From assembly GCA_963840255.1 (NCBI GenBank), contig CAWIYB010000003.1, forward strand, positions 193,314 through 257,313: DNA of 64,000 nucleotides, in the 5' to 3' direction. Of the stretch, positions 58,585-64,000 are shown piece by piece; within the stretch, counting starts at the first letter, position 1; each line of letters starts with the position of its first letter. A program made the translations under genes and the position numbers. The notes under the pieces were generated by a model that was given only the letters and a program-made list of their open reading frames with translations, searched no databases and was not told the origin of the DNA. The stretch is from an uncultured Chloroflexia bacterium. GTDB taxonomy: Bacteria > Chloroflexota > Anaerolineae > Anaerolineales > UBA4823.

Positions 58585-60363
58585 ATGTCAGACATCTATA
58601 TACCCCTGGTCGGGAAGGACAACAGTTACGGGAATCCCACTCCTCCGGGCAGCAACCGGATCGTGATCGATCCTCTTACCCGGATTGAAGGTCACCTGCG
58701 CATCGAAGCCAACGTGGAGGGCGGTAAAGTGACAGACGCCTGGAGCGCCAGCACCATGTTCCGCGGCGTTGAAACGATTTTGAAAGGGCGCGACCCACGC
58801 GAAGCCTGGCTGTTCACCCAGCGGATTTGCGGGGTCTGTACTACGGTGCATGCCATTTCGTCAGTGCGAGCGGTGGAAGATGCGCTGGGGATCACCATTC
58901 CAGATAATGCCCGCCTGGTGCGAAACCTGCTGGAGGCCGCCCAATACGTACAAGACCATGTAATCCATTTTTTCCACCTGCATGCCTTGGATTGGGTCGA
59001 CGTGGTCAGTGCGTTATCAGCTGACCCAGCTCAAACCAGTGCCCTGGCGCGCTTGATCTCGCCATGGCCCAACTCCAGCCCGGAATATTTCTCCGGCGTT
59101 CGCAGCCGCCTGCAGGGTCTGGTCGACAGCGGCCAGTTAAGCCTGTTTGCCAATGGATATTGGGGTCACCCGGCGTACATTTTGCCGCCCGAAGGAAACC
59201 TTCTGGCTGTAGCGCACTACCTGGAAGCACTGGATTGGCAGCGCGAATTTATCAAGTTTCATGCCCTGCTGGGCGGTAAGAACCCTCATCCGCAGACCTA
59301 CCTGGTTGGTGGGATGGCCATCCCGGTGAACCCAGTTGGGAACCACGCCATAAACCCCCAGGTGATCGCCCAGCTGCGCGATCTCACTGCCAAGGCAACC
59401 GACTTTGTGACCCAGGTCTACCTCCCTGACCTAAAGCTGATCGCTTCTTTCTATAAAGATTGGGCGAATTACGGCGCGGGTGTGGGCAACTTCCTAACCT
59501 ACGGTGATTTTCCGGCGAACGGGAATGACCCAAATTCCTATTGGCTGCCGCGAGGGGTAATCTTCAACAGCAATATAAGCGAACCCAGCCAGCCGATGGA
59601 CCAGCAGGTGATCCAGGAATTCGTCACCCGCTCATGGTACAGCTATAGTGCAGGCGATTCCGGCGGTCTGCACCCTTCGGTAGGCGAAACCCAACCCACA
59701 TATACCGGGCCGCAGCCGCCTTATGATAATCTGAATGTGGATGGGAAATATTCCTGGCTCAAGGCGCCGCGCTACAATGGCTACCCGATGGAGGTTGGAC
59801 CGCTGGCGCGCATGCTGGTGGCATACTCCAATGGTCATCCACAGGTAAGAGCAAAGGTGGATGAGATGCTGGGCGCGCTGGGCCTCGAGGCGGGGGCACT
59901 CGTCTCCACGTTGGGACGTGTGGCAGCCCGTGGAGTTGAGACCCAGCTGGTGGTCGAAGAGATGGGCAGCTGGATCGACCAGCTGGAAGGCAATATGAAC
60001 AGCGGCAACCTTGACATCCATAATGGTGCACTGTGGGATCCAGCCACGTGGCCATCGACGGCGATTGGCTGGGGTACCACCGAAGCACCGCGCGGCGCAC
60101 TTGGTCATTGGGTGAACATTGCCAATGGCAAGATTGAAAACTACCAGACGGTGGTTGCCACCACGTGGAATGGATCGCCGCGCGATACAGCCGGCCTGTC
60201 TGGCCCGTTCGAACGAGCCCTGATCGGCACTCCCATTGCCGATCCGGAACGACCGGTCGAGATCTTGCGGACGATCCATTCATTCGATCCCTGTATGGCT
60301 TGCTCTGTCCACCTGGTGGATGCGAGAGGCAAACCGTCAGGCATCGGGGTGACGGTGCGCTGA
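58585..60363 (+). CDS. [NiFe] hydrogenase large subunit
   Basis: N-terminal RICGVCTTVH and C-terminal DPCMACSVH Ni-binding motifs. Confidence 0.95.
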   Translation: MSDIYIPLVGKDNSYGNPTPPGSNRIVIDPLTRIEGHLRIEANVEGGKVTDAWSASTMFRGVETILKGRDPREAWLFTQRICGVCTTVHAISSVRAVEDALGITIPDNARLVRNLLEAAQYVQDHVIHFFHLHALDWVDVVSALSADPAQTSALARLISPWPNSSPEYFSGVRSRLQGLVDSGQLSLFANGYWGHPAYILPPEGNLLAVAHYLEALDWQREFIKFHALLGGKNPHPQTYLVGGMAIPVNPVGNHAINPQVIAQLRDLTAKATDFVTQVYLPDLKLIASFYKDWANYGAGVGNFLTYGDFPANGNDPNSYWLPRGVIFNSNISEPSQPMDQQVIQEFVTRSWYSYSAGDSGGLHPSVGETQPTYTGPQPPYDNLNVDGKYSWLKAPRYNGYPMEVGPLARMLVAYSNGHPQVRAKVDEMLGALGLEAGALVSTLGRVAARGVETQLVVEEMGSWIDQLEGNMNSGNLDIHNGALWDPATWPSTAIGWGTTEAPRGALGHWVNIANGKIENYQTVVATTWNGSPRDTAGLSGPFERALIGTPIADPERPVEILRTIHSFDPCMACSVHLVDARGKPSGIGVTVR

Positions 60364-60421
60364 CCGCTGACGTGAATTCCATTCTGACCCGCCATTCACA
60401 TACAGGTTATCAGTGGGGTGA

Positions 60422-60925
60422 ATGGCGGGTTGGAACTTCGATATGACTGAATTTGATTACCCCAACAGGAAAGTGGTACTCGGCCTGGGGAACTTGCTCC
60501 TGGGTGATGAAGGCTTTGGGATCCATGCCTTACAATATCTTCAAATCAGGGTGGGTGCACAATTTCCAGTCGAGTGGGTGGATGGCGGCGTGCTGGGATT
60601 AAACCTGCTGCCATTGGTGGAAGCGTGCAGCCACCTGCTGGTGTTGGACGCGGTGGATGCCGGTAAACCAGGCGGCGCCCTGGTCGAGATGGCGCAGGAT
60701 GAGATCCAACTATACAACGGCATGAAACTATCTGAGCACCAGGTAGGGTTCCAGGAGGTGCTGGGTGTAGCTAAATTCCGGGGGTGTTATCCCACCCACC
60801 TGCACCTGATCGGCGTCCAATCCGTCGACCTGTCCACCGGCATCGAGCTCAGTCCAGCAGTCTCGGCGGCTTTGCCCGAAGTTTTTGAGCGGGTTAAGAT
60901 ACTCTTGCAGAGCTGGTTCCCATAA
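60422..60925 (+). CDS. hydrogenase maturation endopeptidase (HyaD/HybD family)
   Basis: VVLGLGNLLLGDEGFG...LLVLDAVD...SEHQ. An ATG at 60443 is an alternative start. Confidence 0.85.
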   Translation: MAGWNFDMTEFDYPNRKVVLGLGNLLLGDEGFGIHALQYLQIRVGAQFPVEWVDGGVLGLNLLPLVEACSHLLVLDAVDAGKPGGALVEMAQDEIQLYNGMKLSEHQVGFQEVLGVAKFRGCYPTHLHLIGVQSVDLSTGIELSPAVSAALPEVFERVKILLQSWFP

Positions 60926-60997
60926 TATCCCAAACAGGACTCCTGGTACCACTTCATTGATTTATTAATAGATGGTGGTAAAATTATTGGCGCAAAC

Positions 60998-61071
60998 GTC
61001 CCTGTAGCTCAGCGGATTAGAGCATTTGCTTGCGGAGCAAAGGGTCGGGCGTTCGAATTGCCCCAGGGACG
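60998..61071 (+). tRNA. tRNA-Arg (anticodon GCG)
   Basis: Hand-folded. Acceptor GTCCCTG/CAGGGAC, anticodon stem TTTGC/GCAAA with loop TTGCGGA, and T arm GGGCG-TTCGAAT-TGCCC. The CCA end is not fully encoded. Confidence 0.8.
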
Positions 61072-61089
61072 CCTAAATAACGAATTACG

Positions 61090-61128
61090 AAGAGCGCTTC
61101 TTGATTAGAATTCGCGCTCTTTTATTTT
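61090..61128 (+). terminator. rho-independent terminator after the tRNA
   Basis: AAGAGCGC...GCGCTCTT followed by TTATTTT. Confidence 0.65.
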
Positions 61129-61143
61129 CCCACGAGGGTGAGA

Positions 61144-61956
61144 ATGATGGAAAAACCAATCCAAATCCTGCTGACTAATGATGATGGCATCCAATCCCCA
61201 GGGCTGTGGGCTGCGGCGGGGGCGCTTTCGGAGCTGGGATACGTGCACGTGGTATCACCCCGCAACCAGTCCTCGGGTATGGGGCGCAGCTTACCATCGA
61301 CATCGGATGGGATCATCACCCCGCAGCAGATGCATGTGAACGGCAAGCTATGGACGGTTTACAGCGTGGGTGGCTCACCCGCCCAGGCGGTGCTGCATGC
61401 GGTGTGTGAGATCATGCCAGAGCCACCCCGCCTGGTGGTCTCGGGGATCAACTACGGCGAGAACATGGGGGTGGGGGTAACCGTTTCGGGGACGGTGGGG
61501 GCAGCGCTGGAGGGAGCGGGCAACGGAATACCGGCGCTGGCCGTCTCATTGGAGACTGATACGGCCGAGCACCTGTCCTATTCTACAAAGATAGACTTTT
61601 CTGCCGCAGCCTTCTTCACTGCCCTGTTCGGGCGCATGATGTTGGAACGCCATCTGCCCGAGGATGTGGATTTACTCAAGGTGGATGTGCCGTGGAATGC
61701 CACAAGAGAAACAGCGTGGGAGGTCACCCGCCTGTCACACCAGGCGTACTTCCTGCCGGTCACACCGAAACGTGTTTCGTGGGATAAGCCGGAGACGGTT
61801 GGCTACCGGCGAATCGAGGAGTTCAGCGGCAGTGCAGATGATACAGATGTGTATGCCCTGCGGGTGAAGCACGTCGTGGCTGTGACGCCGCTCAGCCTTG
61901 ACCTGACTTCCAGGGTGAGCCTGAAGGATTTCGAGAGGCTGCTGCGAAACGAATGA
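61144..61956 (+). CDS. surE: 5'/3'-nucleotidase SurE
   Basis: ILLTNDDGIQSPGL, GINYGEN and GTVGAA motifs. Confidence 0.9.
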   Translation: MMEKPIQILLTNDDGIQSPGLWAAAGALSELGYVHVVSPRNQSSGMGRSLPSTSDGIITPQQMHVNGKLWTVYSVGGSPAQAVLHAVCEIMPEPPRLVVSGINYGENMGVGVTVSGTVGAALEGAGNGIPALAVSLETDTAEHLSYSTKIDFSAAAFFTALFGRMMLERHLPEDVDLLKVDVPWNATRETAWEVTRLSHQAYFLPVTPKRVSWDKPETVGYRRIEEFSGSADDTDVYALRVKHVVAVTPLSLDLTSRVSLKDFERLLRNE

Positions 61957-62031
61957 GGCAAAATTTAGAATTAATCTACAGGGATAGACAGGATAAAGAC
62001 GGATTAGATAAATCAGCTAAAAAGCAGCTGA

Positions 62032-62835
62032 TCAGCGAGACCTGTTCAGCTGGCGCAGCAGCAACGGGTGGAGCTGGGGGTTGGAAGCCAGGACGGATTG
62101 AGGCGGGGTCATAAAGTTGGGTCCGCCGTTCATATCGGTGACGGCAGCCCCAGCCTGCAAGGCAACCAAAGCACCCGCGGCCACATCCCAAGACTTCAAA
62201 CGCAGCTCCCAAAACCCATCGAAGCGACCGCAGGCAACATAGCACAGGTCGAGGGCGGCAGAACCGAGACGACGCACCCCCTGTGAATGCAGGGCGAGGT
62301 GTGTGTAGTGGTCAAGGTTGTTATCTGGAGCCGTGCGGATATCGTAGGGGAAACCTGTGACAAGCAGGGCATGGTCGAGGTCAGAAGTGACGGAGGGGTA
62401 GATGGGCGCACCATTCAACCAGGCGCCGGCACCTGATGCTCCGGCTGTGCCGGATAGAGCACTGAAGCACTCGTCGCGCATTGGGTCGTAGACCACGCTC
62501 AGGCGCAGTGCACCAGCCTCGGCGTAGGCGATCGAGACGGCGTAAATGGGGATGCCGTGGACGTAGTTAATCGTGCCGTCCAGCGGGTCGATATACCAGG
62601 TGTGGTCAGCAGTACCGGCGAGCTCGCCGCTTTCCTCGGCTACGATGCGATCGGCTGGGAAGCGCCGGCGGATATAGCTGAGCAGGAACTTTTCCGACTG
62701 ACGGTCGGCTTCGCTGACCAGGTCGATCACGCCCTTGTGGTCCACCTGCAGGTGCAGGCCGAAGTTGGAGCGCAGGATATCCCCCGCCTGGCGGGCGAGG
62801 GTGATGAGCTCGGTGAGGGTGGGAGGCATGTACAC
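62032..62835 (-). CDS. suhB: inositol monophosphatase family protein
   Basis: VAEESG, WYIDPLDGTINYVHG and WDVAAG motifs. Confidence 0.88.
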   Translation of the reverse strand: MYMPPTLTELITLARQAGDILRSNFGLHLQVDHKGVIDLVSEADRQSEKFLLSYIRRRFPADRIVAEESGELAGTADHTWYIDPLDGTINYVHGIPIYAVSIAYAEAGALRLSVVYDPMRDECFSALSGTAGASGAGAWLNGAPIYPSVTSDLDHALLVTGFPYDIRTAPDNNLDHYTHLALHSQGVRRLGSAALDLCYVACGRFDGFWELRLKSWDVAAGALVALQAGAAVTDMNGGPNFMTPPQSVLASNPQLHPLLLRQLNRSR

Positions 62836-62991
62836 AATTTTAACAGGGATGGACAGGATGAACAGGATAAGGATTGAGATTTAATAGAAATAATAGAAGG
62901 GATACAAAGAAGTATTAGATTCTTTCAACTATAACTAAGCTGATTACTTATCCGTGTTTATCCGCACATATCCCTGTAAATTCATATATTT

Positions 62992-64000
62992 TTACAACTC
63001 CACCGACAACAGCGGCACGATCATCTCCTCAGCGGAGAGACCACCGTGGCGACCGACGAGGGGGTTCTCCTTTTCTGCCCACCATAAGTAGGCGTCATCA
63101 TGGGCTGCCACGATCAGGTCACCCAGGCGGTCTGACAGGTGCGGGTGAGGCGTGCCGGGTCCGAACAGCCCCTTCGATACGGTTTCAGCCGGGTCGATGA
63201 AGGAGAACTGCCCGGGCCAGGTCTGGTCGAAGTAGTTACGCACCTGTTCCGTCTGACCGGGTTTGATGAACAGGTACATCAGGCGGCTTTCACCGGTGGG
63301 CAGGATATGCAGCAGGCGGGTGAGCTCGGGATGGTTACGCAGGTCATAATTGCCTGACCTTTGGGTGGCGATCATGCCATGGTCAGCAGTCAGCAGGACG
63401 AGCGTGCCCTGGCGGATGGATGGTGAGAGCTTATCCAGGAACTGCTGCTGGAAGGTATAGCTGAAATCGCCAAACTCGGCTGCAGTGCGCTCATCATCCG
63501 GGTGGTAGTAATGGGAGAAATGGTCGATTTGACCGGTGTAGACCCAAAAATACTGGCGCTGGCGGGGATTGGATTCCACCAGGTGGCGCAGATTGACCCA
63601 CAGCTCGGAGGGGGTGAGGAAGCCGTGCAGGCTTACATCCTTGAAGTACATCTGCGATAAACCCGAGTGGAGGATGCTGCGGTGCTGAAGGGCATAGCTG
63701 CGGATGCCGGATGCAGCCAGGTGGGTGCCCAGGGTGGGCAGGCTCAGAAATTGTTCGGGGTTGAAACCCGCCCTAACCAGGCTGCAGGCGTCATTGGCGA
63801 AGCTCATCGGTGAGTGGGTGATCATGTTGCTGACGATGCCATATTCCTTCAGCCACAGCTCATAGCCCACGATGCCATGCTCGGCGGGGCTGCGCCCGGT
63901 CCATAGGGAGGTGAGGGCGGCAGCAGTGGTTGAAGGAACAAGCGAAGTAATAGCGGAAAGCCTGCCCTGCTCCACCAGAGGCGACCAAACCGGGGCAGTA
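62992..64000 (-). CDS. alkaline phosphatase / nucleotide pyrophosphatase family protein, N-terminal (5') end outside the window
   Basis: STTAAALTSLWTGRSPAEHGIVGY...LLTADHGM. The frame stays open to the window edge. Confidence 0.7.
   Translation of the reverse strand, partial: TAPVWSPLVEQGRLSAITSLVPSTTAAALTSLWTGRSPAEHGIVGYELWLKEYGIVSNMITHSPMSFANDACSLVRAGFNPEQFLSLPTLGTHLAASGIRSYALQHRSILHSGLSQMYFKDVSLHGFLTPSELWVNLRHLVESNPRQRQYFWVYTGQIDHFSHYYHPDDERTAAEFGDFSYTFQQQFLDKLSPSIRQGTLVLLTADHGMIATQRSGNYDLRNHPELTRLLHILPTGESRLMYLFIKPGQTEQVRNYFDQTWPGQFSFIDPAETVSKGLFGPGTPHPHLSDRLGDLIVAAHDDAYLWWAEKENPLVGRHGGLSAEEMIVPLLSVEL

Overview
This 64-kb window is mostly G+C-rich bacterial chromosome. Split cytochrome b6-type bc complex, PT-rich linkers and dispersed hairpin repeats hint weakly at a Chloroflexota-like organism.

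Core genes, in order:
- A truncated FHA-domain membrane protein that the ORF track does not list.
- A Rieske/cytochrome b6/subunit IV-cytochrome c complex, then sdhCDAB and tRNA-Arg(CCT).
- rimO, a RodZ-like protein, rplI and recO.
- A MerR regulator followed by three tandem aldo/keto reductases.
- A five-gene HdrA/MvhD/FeS/flavoprotein redox cluster.
- TfoX-like protein, DMT transporter, alr and a DsbA-like oxidoreductase.
- Small metabolic genes and an ABC-2 exporter.
- groES-groEL with a perfect CIRCE operator, and two TPR proteins.
- A [NiFe] hydrogenase (small subunit, large subunit, protease), tRNA-Arg(GCG), surE and a suhB-like gene.
- A truncated alkaline-phosphatase-family gene at the right edge.

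Main points of interest:
1. A visibly AT-rich island (about 41.65-49.35 kb) carries a translationally coupled NERD-like/SF1-helicase gene plus a 245-aa partner. This is a candidate anti-phage pair, possibly of the Helicase+DUF2290 type. The island also holds an orphan helical protein, a membrane-anchored HhH-SNase-Excalibur nuclease and a lamin-tail-domain protein.
2. Three in-frame TGA codons sit exactly at catalytic-Cys positions, two in tandem HdrA paralogs and one in the DsbA-like CxxC motif. All are probable selenocysteine sites. The HdrA pair shows a nucleotide-conserved hairpin downstream of the TGA.
3. The second HdrA carries a large GltD/NfnB-like NAD(P)H module, and the cluster has no HdrBC.
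4. A gingipain/CHAT-like His...Cys protein is followed by a free-standing paralog of its own N-terminal domain.
5. There are at least four dispersed repeat families, a truncated RAYT-like HUH gene and a composite tandem-repeat array.
6. Four apparent frameshifts could be pseudogenes or assembly errors.

All calls come from reading the sequence and ORF translations by eye. No database search was run.
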